DNA from: Candidatus Uhrbacteria bacterium
GTDB taxonomy: Bacteria; Patescibacteriota; Patescibacteriia; UBA9934; UBA10169
Length of the DNA: 64,000 nucleotides
Direction of reading: 5' to 3'
Assembly: GCA_016187485.1 (NCBI GenBank)
Contig: JACPJO010000001.1
Coordinates: forward strand, 6,195 to 70,194
The stretch's first letter is position 1; each line of letters begins with the position of its first letter. This document shows positions 28,951-38,551 of this stretch, piece by piece. Below the pieces are notes generated by a model. That model was not told where the DNA came from. It made no database searches and saw nothing but the letters and a program-made list of their open reading frames with translations. Made by a program: the position numbers and the translations under genes.

Positions 28951-30212
28951 AGAAGACACATTTGTCCAACGGCATTCCGGTTTTTCTTGTTCCATCAAGC
29001 GGCACGGAAGCGGCAACGGTGCTTGTTATGGTGAAAGTTGGCTCGCGTTACGAAACGCCAGCACTAAACGGGGTGAGCCATTTCATTGAGCACATGCTGT
29101 TTAAGGGCACGCCCAGGCGGAAGACTCCGCAAGATATTTCACGCACGCTTGATGCGGTCGGCGCCGACTATAATGCATTCACTGCCAAAGATGAGACAGG
29201 ATATTGGGTGAAGGTGAATCGGACACATGTCCCGCTGGCGGTTGATCTGCTCCACGACATGCTTACATCGTCGAAATTTTCCGCGCCGGAACTTGCGCGC
29301 GAGCGTCACGTTATCATGGAAGAGATTAACATGTATCACGACAACCCGATGATGCATGTGGATGAGATGTTGGAGTCGGTAATGTTTGCTGGCTCCACGC
29401 TTGGATGGGAGATTGCCGGAACGCACAAGACGATGACGGAGATGCCGCGTGCGGATGTCATGGCGTTTTGGCGCCGTGCGTATCAGCCTCGTCGCATGGT
29501 GATTGCTGTGGCTGGGGCGTTCCCCAAAGATACAAAGGCGCGACTTGAGAAATCATTTGGAAGGAAGCTGACAGCGCCGGCAGACATGACCTACGATCCA
29601 TTCTTGGGATTTCTGACCTCGCGGCGCCCGCGTGTGGCGATCCAGTATAAAGAGACAAAGCAAGTACAGGTGGCCGTGGGGTTTCCCGGCGTTTCACACA
29701 TGGATAGGCGTGCGGATGCCATACGGCTTCTCGCCACAATTTTGGGCGGCCCTATGTCATCGCGTCTGTTCACTTCGGTGCGCGAAAAGCGCGGCCTTTG
29801 TTACTTTGTGCGCGCGAGCCACGCGTCGTTTGAAGACACAGGACTCTTTATGGTTCAATCTGGACTGGATCGAGGTCGGCTGGGGCTGGCCGGAAAAATC
29901 ATCATGCAGGAACTACGCAAAATGGTAAAAGAGCGCGTGGGTGGGGCAGAATTGACACGGGCAAAAGAATATCTTGCTGGCAAAACCATTCTTGCTCTTG
30001 AGGATTCGTCCACCGTGGCCGAATGGTATGCCAAACAGGAATTGCATACAGGGACGGTTCTTACACCCCACGAAAAGCTGGCGCGTCTGCGTAAAGTGAC
30101 TCCAGCACAGATTCAGGACGCCGCAGCGTGGGCCCTAGACACGCGCCGCATGGGGTTGGCCGGTATTGGTCCGTTTCGTCGCGAAGGGGAATTATCAAAA
30201 TACTTTTTGTGA
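28947..30212 (+). CDS. M16 family zinc peptidase
   Basis: HFIEHMLFKGT (HxxEH), SSRLFTSVREKRGLCY. Confidence 0.95.
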   Translation: MKKTHLSNGIPVFLVPSSGTEAATVLVMVKVGSRYETPALNGVSHFIEHMLFKGTPRRKTPQDISRTLDAVGADYNAFTAKDETGYWVKVNRTHVPLAVDLLHDMLTSSKFSAPELARERHVIMEEINMYHDNPMMHVDEMLESVMFAGSTLGWEIAGTHKTMTEMPRADVMAFWRRAYQPRRMVIAVAGAFPKDTKARLEKSFGRKLTAPADMTYDPFLGFLTSRRPRVAIQYKETKQVQVAVGFPGVSHMDRRADAIRLLATILGGPMSSRLFTSVREKRGLCYFVRASHASFEDTGLFMVQSGLDRGRLGLAGKIIMQELRKMVKERVGGAELTRAKEYLAGKTILALEDSSTVAEWYAKQELHTGTVLTPHEKLARLRKVTPAQIQDAAAWALDTRRMGLAGIGPFRREGELSKYFL

Positions 30213-30952
30213 AGTATCTCGTTGCCAACTGGAAGATGTACGTGGATACACGCGGTGCGGTGGCGCTGGCGCGCGAGGTTTTACGTTGGACACGCGGAAA
30301 AGAAAAGCTTCCCGAAATTGTGCTTTGCCCAAGCTTTCTGGCCATCCCGGAAGTGCAGAAAGTTCTTGGCCATAGCCGCATTCATCTGGGGGCGCAAGAT
30401 GTTTTTTGGGAAAATGACGGGCCGCATACAGGGGGAATCAGCCCGCAGGCTCTTCATGCGGCTGGGTGCGCATTTGCGATTATCGGACACTCGGAGAGAC
30501 GGCGGGAACTTGGCGAGACGGACGTGATGGTGGCAAAAAAAGTCTCGGCAGCTTTGGCAGCGGGACTCACACCTTTGGTATGCGTTGGGGAAACGAAAGA
30601 GGCGCATGAGGCGGGCGAGACATTGTTGGTCGTCCGCGCTCAAGTGCGCCAAGCGCTTGCGGGCCGTGCGCACGGACGTGTAGGCATTGTCTACGAGCCT
30701 CTTTGGGCGATTTCATTGTATGGGAAAGGGGAACCGGAATCCCCGGAAGCTCTGCGCGAAATTTTTGGCGGCCTCAAAGAGGAAGCGGGAGAGGACGCGA
30801 TCCTTCTTTATGGCGGGAGTGTGGATGGGGCTAACGCCTATAGCTACTTACGCGAGGATGTGGTTGATGGAGTGCTGGTGGGGTACGCGTCGGTGAAGAC
30901 GCACCAGCTTGGCGATATGCTTGCGGCCACGTGCAAAGCTTCTCATATATGA
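30209..30952 (+). CDS. tpiA: Triosephosphate isomerase
   Basis: ANWKM, IIGHSERR, YEPLWAI, LYGGSV. Confidence 0.96.
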   Translation: MKYLVANWKMYVDTRGAVALAREVLRWTRGKEKLPEIVLCPSFLAIPEVQKVLGHSRIHLGAQDVFWENDGPHTGGISPQALHAAGCAFAIIGHSERRRELGETDVMVAKKVSAALAAGLTPLVCVGETKEAHEAGETLLVVRAQVRQALAGRAHGRVGIVYEPLWAISLYGKGEPESPEALREIFGGLKEEAGEDAILLYGGSVDGANAYSYLREDVVDGVLVGYASVKTHQLGDMLAATCKASHI

Positions 30953-31743
30953 TGATTCTTTTTTGGATAGCGCTTGTTCTCCTTATTGTTTCGCTTGCTG
31001 CACTTGTGTGGGTTGCTTTTCGGCACATGGCGCAAGTACGTGTGGTGAACATCCACACGGATGACAAGGCGCAACATGCACGAGTGAAAGAAGATATTAT
31101 TTTGGAACGCGTGACGCGCACGTTTGCTCCCGCGCGGTTTTTCCTCCGTGTGCTCCCGCGCGTGGTTACATTTCTCCGCCGTGTTGGGCGGCGCACGGTG
31201 CAAGAGCTTCGTACTCTGGAAAAACATTATGCGCATGTACGTGAGCGCGCACAGGCCCCCCTGCGCCGAAGTGGCGAGGCAGTGAAGCGGGCAATGGAGG
31301 AAGCGGCAGCACTCGTGCACGATGAACAGTATGCGGAGGCGGAGAAAAAATACATTGAGGTGATTTCTTTGCGCCCGCGGCATGTGGCGGCGTATGAATT
31401 TTTGGGGCGTTTGTATACAAAGATGGGAAATTTGGACCAGGCGGTGGAGACGCTTGCATTTGCGCTTCAGCTTGCACCGAACGACGCAAGCGTGCATGTG
31501 TCACTTGGCGAGGTGTATGGGAAAAAAGAAGAGTGGGCGCGCGCGCTTGCCGAGTTTGAGCGTGCCGTGGCGAAGCGTCCTGGGAATCCGCGCTATCTCG
31601 ACTTGTATATTGAAAGTGCGCTCATTGCCAAGCGGCCAGAGGAGGCGGCAAGGGGAATTGCGCTGTTGCGAAAGACCAACAAAGAAAACCAAAAATTGGG
31701 GGAGTTTGATGCGCGTTTAGCCGCGTTGCAGGGCACGATGTAA
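30949..31743 (+). CDS. Membrane-anchored TPR protein
   Basis: N-terminal TM; TPR motifs AYEFLGRLY, VHVSLGEVY. Confidence 0.88.
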   Translation: MMILFWIALVLLIVSLAALVWVAFRHMAQVRVVNIHTDDKAQHARVKEDIILERVTRTFAPARFFLRVLPRVVTFLRRVGRRTVQELRTLEKHYAHVRERAQAPLRRSGEAVKRAMEEAAALVHDEQYAEAEKKYIEVISLRPRHVAAYEFLGRLYTKMGNLDQAVETLAFALQLAPNDASVHVSLGEVYGKKEEWARALAEFERAVAKRPGNPRYLDLYIESALIAKRPEEAARGIALLRKTNKENQKLGEFDARLAALQGTM

Positions 31744-31765
31744 TTTGCTACTATCCGCCCCGCAG

Positions 31766-31841
31766 GCCGTTGTAGCTCAGTTGGTAGAGCACGTCCATGG
31801 TAAGGACGAGGTCACCGGTTCGATCCCGGTCAACGGCTCCA
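31766..31841 (+). tRNA. tRNA-Thr(GGT)
   Basis: Full cloverleaf, anticodon arm CGTCC-ATGGTAA-GGACG, TTCGA loop, encoded CCA. Confidence 0.96.
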
Positions 31842-31908
31842 CTCCGCTCTTTGAGCTTCGTTAGGAGTATTCCTAACGAGACCCGAAGGGTGAAGGGAGA
31901 CAACATAC

Positions 31909-31993
31909 GGGTAGGTACTCAAGTGGTCAACGAGGGCAGACTGTAAATCTGCTGGCTCCGCCTTCGAAGGTTCGAATCCTTCCCTACCCACCA
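31909..31993 (+). tRNA. tRNA-Tyr(GTA)
   Basis: GCAGA-CTGTAAA-TCTGC, long variable arm, CCA. Confidence 0.96.
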
Positions 31994-32120
31994 GCTTCCT
32001 TTCCCGACAGACTTTCGTTCAGGCTTCTCCTTGTCGCCTTCACTTTCGTCTGTCGGCCGGTCGCTTTCGCCAAGCTCTGCTTGGCGAGGAAAGAAAAGAA
32101 TTGGGTCGGAATTGCTAAAC

Positions 32121-32225
32121 GCCGCCTTAGCTCAGCTGGTACCCGCCGTCCAGCAGCAAAGCTGCAGGACAGGCGGGCCCGCCGGCACGCCCGGAGGGCT
32201 GTGCGGCGGGGAGCAACGGTTTTGT
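32121..32225 (+). pseudogene. tRNA-Thr(TGT) 5' half interrupted by a 69-nt double-hairpin insertion in the D-loop
   Basis: GCCGCCTTAGCTCAGCTGGTA+[32142-32210]+GAGCAACGGTTTTGT; identical to the intact tRNA from nt 8 to the anticodon. Confidence 0.8.
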
Positions 32226-32241
32226 GGGCTAGTTAGCACGT

Positions 32242-32317
32242 GCCGAGATAGCTCAGCTGGTAGAGCAACGGTTTTGTAAACCGTAGGTCACGGGTTCGAG
32301 TCCCGTTCTCGGCTCCA
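32242..32317 (+). tRNA. tRNA-Thr(TGT)
   Basis: ACGGT-TTTGTAA-ACCGT, GGTTCGAGTCC, CCA. Confidence 0.96.
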
Positions 32318-32331
32318 GACGCGCTTCACAG

Positions 32332-32362
32332 AAAAACATCCGGTCAAGCCGGAGTGTTTTTT
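32332..32362 (+). terminator. Terminator of tRNA cluster
   Basis: AAAAACATCCGG-N5-CCGGAGTGTTTTTT. Confidence 0.75.
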
Positions 32363-32527
32363 GTTTCGACAGCATGCCGTTCATTGTTTCTTTGGTCAGT
32401 TTCAACTAACTCATCAACTCAGGGACGAAGGAAAACAGAAGACCGCACCCGAGAGTGAAGCGCACGAGAGCGGCTTCTGTGGGTGCGGTTGAAGGGTGGC
32501 GTCAGACAGAGTGCCTGACGTCGAGGA

Positions 32528-34243
32528 CTAATCGTGGCCAGTTACACGCATCACTTCCTCGAGCGAGGTGACACCATCGCGCAATTTGGCGAGCGCGCTC
32601 ACACGCAACGTCTTCATGCCACCGCGAACGGCTTCACGGCGAAGCTGCTCGGTCGTGGCACCGGCGGCGATCTGCTCGCACAGGTCGGAGGTGAGCGCCA
32701 TGATCTCGTAGATGGCGATGCGGCCCATGTACCCGGTCTCGTTGCAGGCGGGGCAGCCAACGGCGCGCAGGCAGGTGTACTCGTCTGACTCGTCAGACGG
32801 CACTCCCAGGTCGAGCAGGGTCTGGCGCGGAACGTCTTGGGGCTCGCGGCAGGTCTCGCACAGACGCCGCACGAGACGCTGGGCGATGATCATCCGCACG
32901 CACGCGGCGATCTCGAAGGCGGGCACACCCATCTCCGTCAGACGCGCGATCGTGCTCGGCGCATCGTTGGTGTGCAGGGTGGAGAGGACCAGATGCCCGG
33001 TCATCGCGGCCTGCACGGCCGTCTCCGCCGTCTCGAAGTCCCGGATCTCACCCACGAGGATCACGTCCGGATCCAGACGCAGGAACGACCGCAGTGCGGC
33101 GGCGAACGTGAGTCCTGCCTCCACGTTCACTTCCGTCTGCTTGATTCCGAAGATGTCGTACTCGACCGGCTGTTCCACGGTGAGGATGTTCGTCCCTACG
33201 ACGTTGATGTCGGAGAGCGCGGAGTAGAGCGTGGTCGTCTTGCCCGACCCCGTCGGACCCGTCACGAGGACCATGCCACTTGGAGCATGCAGGGCGGCAC
33301 GGAACCCCTCGAGCTCTGAGGACTCCAATCCGAGCTTGGTCATGTCGAGCTGGAGCTTGCTCTGGTCGAGAATCCGGATGACCACGTACTCGCCGTGCTG
33401 GGTGGGAATAACTCCCACGCGCAGGTCGATGTTTCTCCTGCCGCCGAGCTTGAGCTTGATCCGGCCATCCTGGGGCTTCCGGCGCTCGGAGATGTCCAGG
33501 CGCGCCAAGATCTTCACGCGTGAGATGATCGCGTTGCGGTATTTGAACGGAGGCTTGAGCACGTCGTAGAGCACTCCGTCGATGCGGAACCGGACGCGCA
33601 CCTGGCGCTCGAAGGGCTCGATGTGGATGTCGCTCGCGCGGTTCTTGATCGCGCTTGCCAGGATGAAGTTGACGAGCCTGATAACCGGTGCTTCGCCGGC
33701 GACTTCTTCAAGTTCTGCCGCGGTGACATCTTCCTCGGCATCCTTCTCCACTTCCAGTCCGTCGTCTGACAGCCCCAGTTCTTCCAGAGCGTTCTTGAAC
33801 GTCTTGGCGGAGAGGTAGCAACGATCGATGAGAGCGTTGATCTGGCTTTCGGGAGCCACCACGACTTCGAGCTTGTGGCCGGTCTTGACCTCGATGTCGC
33901 GTCGCGCGACGAGATCCCCTGGGTCGACCATGACAACGGTCAAAGTGTTGCCCGACAGACTCAGGGGCACCATGCGGTAACGGTCCACGAGCATGCGCGG
34001 AATGAGCTTCAACACCTTGGAATCCGGTGAAGCCTCCGAGAGGTCTACGGGCTGGACGTCGAACTGCCTCCTCAACGCGTGGACGATTGCGTTCTCGTCG
34101 ATCACGCCGTAGCGCACGAGCTCGTAGCTCAGAGGTCCGCCGGTCTGCTTGACGCGGTCCAGGGCTTCCTGGAGCTGAAGAGGAGAGATGTCCTTGTTGT
34201 GCACGAGCAACTCGCCAAGACGGGTATCAGAAGCTGATATCAT
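32528..34243 (-). CDS. pilB: Type IV pilus assembly ATPase PilB (GspE/PulE family)
   Basis: RLGELL MshEN-like start, ASDIHIEP, PQDGRI, GPTGSGKTTT, DPDVILVGEIRD, TGHLVLSTLHTN, tetracysteine motif. Confidence 0.93.
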   Translation of the reverse strand: MISASDTRLGELLVHNKDISPLQLQEALDRVKQTGGPLSYELVRYGVIDENAIVHALRRQFDVQPVDLSEASPDSKVLKLIPRMLVDRYRMVPLSLSGNTLTVVMVDPGDLVARRDIEVKTGHKLEVVVAPESQINALIDRCYLSAKTFKNALEELGLSDDGLEVEKDAEEDVTAAELEEVAGEAPVIRLVNFILASAIKNRASDIHIEPFERQVRVRFRIDGVLYDVLKPPFKYRNAIISRVKILARLDISERRKPQDGRIKLKLGGRRNIDLRVGVIPTQHGEYVVIRILDQSKLQLDMTKLGLESSELEGFRAALHAPSGMVLVTGPTGSGKTTTLYSALSDINVVGTNILTVEQPVEYDIFGIKQTEVNVEAGLTFAAALRSFLRLDPDVILVGEIRDFETAETAVQAAMTGHLVLSTLHTNDAPSTIARLTEMGVPAFEIAACVRMIIAQRLVRRLCETCREPQDVPRQTLLDLGVPSDESDEYTCLRAVGCPACNETGYMGRIAIYEIMALTSDLCEQIAAGATTEQLRREAVRGGMKTLRVSALAKLRDGVTSLEEVMRVTGHD

Positions 34244-34301
34244 GGTTTCTCCATGGGGGGTGTGAGACCCTTAAACACTATGGCAGATGCTGTGTCGGCT
34301 T

Positions 34302-34964
34302 TCAATACCGTGCGTGAAGGAGGAGCGAGACGGCTACGGCGACGTTTAATGATTCCAGCGTTCTCTCGTGCGAGATTTTAACGCTCGGCGCGGAGACGGG
34401 GAGGAGGATGCCTTGTCCCTCCGATCCGGCGATGACGGCAATGGAGTCTCCCGGGAGACTCTTGATATCCATGGCGCCTGGAGTGATTTCCAGACGGTAG
34501 AGCGGACGTTTCAGGTGTGGAAGGAGAGCGAGTGCCTCCTCACACGTTTTCTCCATCCACGGCACATGAAAGAGAGCACCCGCGCTCGAGCGAATCACTT
34601 TGGGGTTTCCTGAGTCAGCGCACTCGACGAGGAGGAGCGCGGCATTAAAGGCGAGTGCGCTTCGAAAAATCGTCCCGAGATTTCCCGGGTCTTGGACATG
34701 GTCGAGCACGACAAGAGTGTTCTTTGCCTCAACATCTTTTTTTGTCCACACAGGAAGTCGTGCCACGCCGGCAATTTCTTGCGGCGTTTCCGTTGTTACG
34801 AGTTTTTGAAAGTTTGGCGTGTCGTACGGCGTAAACGAAAAAAGCAACGAACGCCCCGCTTCTTTTACAAGGTGTTGTCCCTCGACCAACACAAGGCCGG
34901 ATTCCCGCCGACCCTTTTTCGTGTGCGTCGCGCGCACCAATTTTTCCTGCGTCTGACTCAACAC
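34302..34964 (-). CDS. TrmH-family (SpoU) RNA methyltransferase
   Basis: LDHVQDPGNLGTIFRSA, GSEGQG, ESLNVAVA. Confidence 0.93.
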   Translation of the reverse strand: MLSQTQEKLVRATHTKKGRRESGLVLVEGQHLVKEAGRSLLFSFTPYDTPNFQKLVTTETPQEIAGVARLPVWTKKDVEAKNTLVVLDHVQDPGNLGTIFRSALAFNAALLLVECADSGNPKVIRSSAGALFHVPWMEKTCEEALALLPHLKRPLYRLEITPGAMDIKSLPGDSIAVIAGSEGQGILLPVSAPSVKISHERTLESLNVAVAVSLLLHARY

Positions 34965-34965
34965 A

Positions 34966-35700
34966 CTAAAAAATATGCCGCTCCTTTGAATGTCGCACAA
35001 TCTCCCACGCTTCTTCTGCCGTATCTACAGCGCTCATGATCTTGAGGCTTATTGGGTGCAGGGTTTCGTATTCCTTCACCAATGTGCGTGAGATCCATTC
35101 AAGAAGAGGCGCCCAAAATGATTTTCCCACAAGGACAACGGGAATCACCTGCGCCTTTTTTGTTTCAATGAGCACGAGCATCTCGAAGAGTTCATCGAGC
35201 GTGCCAAACCCGCCGGGGAAGAAAATGTAGGCCTGAGCAGAGGCGGAGAGCATTACCTTTCTCGTAAAAAAGTAATGGAAGCCTTTACCGCGTGTAAGGT
35301 AGTCGTTTGCGCGCTGCTCCAGCGGCAGCTCAATATTTAGTCCAAGCGATTCGCCGCCGGCCTCGAACGCCCCTTTGTTTGCCGCTTCCATAAGTCCGGG
35401 TCCCCCACCGGTGATTACCGTAAACCCGCCCCGCGCCGCGAGCTGTCCAAACCGCTCCGCCTCTTTGTACCAATGCGACCCGCGCGGCAATTTTGCCGAT
35501 CCAAACACCGTGACCTCTTTTTTGGATGTGGAGAGAAATTGAAATCCGTCCACGAACTCCGCCATGATGCGGAATATCCGCCACGTGATCTCGTTCATGC
35601 TGTGTGCGTGTTCAGCGTCTTTCGGATTCACCATGACATCTACCGGACAATTGGGAAATCGGCACAAGCTTGCCGACGCCTCCTTTTTGCGTTTAAGCAT
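34966..35700 (-). CDS. LOG family (TIGR00730) Rossmann-fold protein
   Basis: VTVFGSA, ITGGGPGLMEAANKGA, FPGGFGTLDELFE. Confidence 0.95.
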   Translation of the reverse strand: MLKRKKEASASLCRFPNCPVDVMVNPKDAEHAHSMNEITWRIFRIMAEFVDGFQFLSTSKKEVTVFGSAKLPRGSHWYKEAERFGQLAARGGFTVITGGGPGLMEAANKGAFEAGGESLGLNIELPLEQRANDYLTRGKGFHYFFTRKVMLSASAQAYIFFPGGFGTLDELFEMLVLIETKKAQVIPVVLVGKSFWAPLLEWISRTLVKEYETLHPISLKIMSAVDTAEEAWEIVRHSKERHIF

Positions 35701-35708
35701 AGTGGAAG

Positions 35709-36803
35709 CTATTTTAGCATACTTTCAATACGTCGGAGGAGAGTATCTACGCCCTCGCCGCTTTGCGCAGAAACAAAAGCAGGGTGAAGTTCACGATAGG
35801 CTGCGCGCATGCGGGCGCGCTCTGCCCGCCGCACGCCATCCATTTTGGCGAAGACAAAAAGCATCGGCGCCTGACTTATGCCAAGTTGGCGGAGGATGTC
35901 CTCGACCACGACCATTTTCTCGTCGCGATGCGGATCGCACGCGTCCACTACATGCAAAATCACGTCAGCGTTTACTGTTTCGGCAAGTGTGGAGCGGAAA
36001 GCCTCAATGAGGTCTGGCGGAAGTGATTGGATAAACCCGATGGTGTCTGAAAGAAGGGCGATCTTTTGCGCATGGGGGAGATAGAGTTGTCCAATACGCG
36101 TATCGAGGGTGGCAAACAGTTTGTCGGCGGCATATTCCCGCCGTCCCGTGAGAGCGTTGAGAAGCGTCGTTTTCCCTGCGTTCGTATAACCGACGATGGA
36201 CACGGTTTGCAAATCCTGCCGCCGGCGGTAAGCGCGTTGCCCCGCACGCATTTGCGCCGCATGCTCAATATCAGCCGTGAGTTTCCGCTCGCGTTCGCGC
36301 AAGTGGCGCTTCATGATCTCCGTGTTCGTTTCCCCGATGCCGCGTGTGCCGATGCCGCCGGTTTGCCGAGACAACTCGTGGCCCATGCCGAAAATTCTTG
36401 GCCCCATATGGCGCAAACGCGCCAGCTCAATCTGCAGCTTTGCTTCTTGGCTTGTGGCGTGTTTCTCAAAAATCTTCAAAATCAAATCCACGCGATCCCA
36501 CACCTGCAAATGTTCTTTGCGCAGGAGTTCTTGAAGTTCGTAGACTTGCCTGGGCTTCAGCATCCCGTTGACGATGAGAAGTTGGGCGCGAAGCTCGCGA
36601 GCCTCGTTCGCGATTTCCTCCACCTTTCCCTTACCGATGTACGTATGGTGATCGGGAGTGCCGCGCCGTTGGAGCTTTTTTACGACGACCACTCCGCCGT
36701 AGGTGTGCACGAGCGATTCCAACTCCTCCAATCGCTCGAGCGCTTGGTATTTCTTCATGGTAGGAAGCACCAGGTCTATGAGGATGGCGCGAGGCCTATG
36801 CAT
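35709..36803 (-). CDS. hflX: GTPase HflX
   Basis: IGKGKVEEI, VGYTNAGKTTL, LFATLD, DTIGFI. Confidence 0.97.
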   Translation of the reverse strand: MHRPRAILIDLVLPTMKKYQALERLEELESLVHTYGGVVVVKKLQRRGTPDHHTYIGKGKVEEIANEARELRAQLLIVNGMLKPRQVYELQELLRKEHLQVWDRVDLILKIFEKHATSQEAKLQIELARLRHMGPRIFGMGHELSRQTGGIGTRGIGETNTEIMKRHLRERERKLTADIEHAAQMRAGQRAYRRRQDLQTVSIVGYTNAGKTTLLNALTGRREYAADKLFATLDTRIGQLYLPHAQKIALLSDTIGFIQSLPPDLIEAFRSTLAETVNADVILHVVDACDPHRDEKMVVVEDILRQLGISQAPMLFVFAKMDGVRRAERARMRAAYRELHPAFVSAQSGEGVDTLLRRIESMLK

Positions 36804-36855
36804 ACCCGTATCGTATCAAACAAAAACAGAGGGGCGAACCCTCTGTTCTGATTTG

Positions 36856-37140
36856 CTAGGCGAGAAGCGCGTCTTTTGCAGCCTTCGCGACGCGGAATTT
36901 GAGCACGGTCTTTGCAGGGATTTGAATCTGCTCGCCCGTTGCAGGGTTGCGGCCCATGCGAGCTTCACGGCGTTTCTTCACGAGTTTGCCCAGTCCAGCA
37001 AACGAACACTCTCCACTGTGCTTTACCTCTGCGTATGCGACGTCCACCATTGCGGCAAGTACCGCGGCGACATCTTTCTTTGCCACGCCGCTCTTTTCCG
37101 CGATGGCAGCGAGCATTTGAGACTTGGTCATTTTAGCCAT
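36856..37140 (-). CDS. hup: DNA-binding protein HU
   Basis: ARMGRNPATGEQIQIPAKTVLKF. Confidence 0.97.
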   Translation of the reverse strand: MAKMTKSQMLAAIAEKSGVAKKDVAAVLAAMVDVAYAEVKHSGECSFAGLGKLVKKRREARMGRNPATGEQIQIPAKTVLKFRVAKAAKDALLA

Positions 37141-37234
37141 AGACCTAAGTTAAAAGTAATAAGTACCGGCCTAGTATAGCACATTTCCCCAAAAAACAAG
37201 GGGTTTGTGGATAGCTATGCTATACTGGTCTTCT

Positions 37235-38518
37235 ATGAAGCATCTTTTTTCCTTCATGGTTCTTGGTCTATTCCTCTTTGCTCGACCGGTCTTTGCGACG
37301 GTTGTCGGCTCGTTTGTGGGGTTGGAAGAAGATGTGCAATTCGATGCTATCTGGGTCTACGAAAATGACGATATTACGCTAATTTTAGACCCGATAAATG
37401 CGGGTGCCAGCCTCTATACAATCTTTGTTGGCGACGCGGATGCAGCCGGGTGTACCGTCCATTTGACGCATGTTTCAAGCGGGATAGCATCTCCGGCCGA
37501 GTATATCGCGCTTGGCACGGTTATCGAGTTAAGCTCTATCCAGATCGGGATTTTCGAGATCAATACGAACACGACGGTTCCGCGCTGTCACGTGGGCTAT
37601 AACTTTACTACTTTGGGACCGGTGGATGGGGCGCCCGCTGCTCCAAACGAGCCGGAAGAGGCGCCGCCGGTGAGTGAGCCAGAGAGCGAAGACGAGCCCG
37701 AAGAGGTGTCTCAAGAAATTACAACATGCGCAGATACGGACGGCGGGAGTGAACGCTATGTGGCGGGAGCCATCACGCACTCGGGCAACGCGACGTTTGC
37801 GGGGGTGCCCAATCCTGCAGCGGACTTCTGTCTTAACGCGAACATCCTCCGTGAATATTATTGTACGCCCAACGAAGTGAACGGCTCACATGTCTCAACA
37901 ATCACATGCGCCAACGGATGTGCCGCGGGACGATGTCTCACCGATGCGGATGTGGCGCTTGCCGAACCGGACCCAGAAGAAGATCTTGGTCCCTTCGTTT
38001 CCTGCACCGACTCCGATGGGGGCGTTTCGCCGCATCAAGCTGGTTCGGTGAGTGCCGAGTATGATCGCGCTCTACCGCAAACGTACGTGGATATTTGTAG
38101 TGGAGATACGCTTACCGAGTACGCGTGCAATGCTCATGCGGGGGAAGTGCAGACGGTTTCGTATACGTGTCCCGGCGGCTGTAACGATGGGAAGTGTCTT
38201 ACGAATATGTGTCAGGATGACGACGGCGGAGACAAAAAATTCATCTTCGGACGCATGACGCACGACTTGGCCACGCTTCCGTCGCCTGTGTTTGACACGT
38301 GCACATCGAACAACAAAATCATGGAGTACACCTGCAATGCGAACTTCAACGACGGAAATCCGGAAAATGATAATGCCCGTCCGCGCACGTGCGCGCTCGG
38401 CTGTCTTACGGTGACATCGGACGCGGGGACGGTGAGCCGGTGTAAAAAGTTGGCCGATCTGTCCATCGCCGTTTCAGTGCAAAGTGCATTTTCGTGGCTG
38501 GTGAATCTGTTTAATTAG
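37235..38518 (+). CDS. Secreted Cys-rich repeat protein (three CxDxDGG repeats)
   Basis: Signal peptide; CADTDGG, CTDSDGG, CQDDDGG each followed by DxC...ExxC...CxxGC. Confidence 0.85.
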   Translation: MKHLFSFMVLGLFLFARPVFATVVGSFVGLEEDVQFDAIWVYENDDITLILDPINAGASLYTIFVGDADAAGCTVHLTHVSSGIASPAEYIALGTVIELSSIQIGIFEINTNTTVPRCHVGYNFTTLGPVDGAPAAPNEPEEAPPVSEPESEDEPEEVSQEITTCADTDGGSERYVAGAITHSGNATFAGVPNPAADFCLNANILREYYCTPNEVNGSHVSTITCANGCAAGRCLTDADVALAEPDPEEDLGPFVSCTDSDGGVSPHQAGSVSAEYDRALPQTYVDICSGDTLTEYACNAHAGEVQTVSYTCPGGCNDGKCLTNMCQDDDGGDKKFIFGRMTHDLATLPSPVFDTCTSNNKIMEYTCNANFNDGNPENDNARPRTCALGCLTVTSDAGTVSRCKKLADLSIAVSVQSAFSWLVNLFN

Positions 38519-38551
38519 TTGCTGAGTTACCTTGTTGCCGAGTGGTTCTGT

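Noticed and set aside
34291-34304. Possible att duplication of the tRNA-Thr 3' end beyond pilB
   Set aside because: Only TCGGCT matches; too short to be meaningful.
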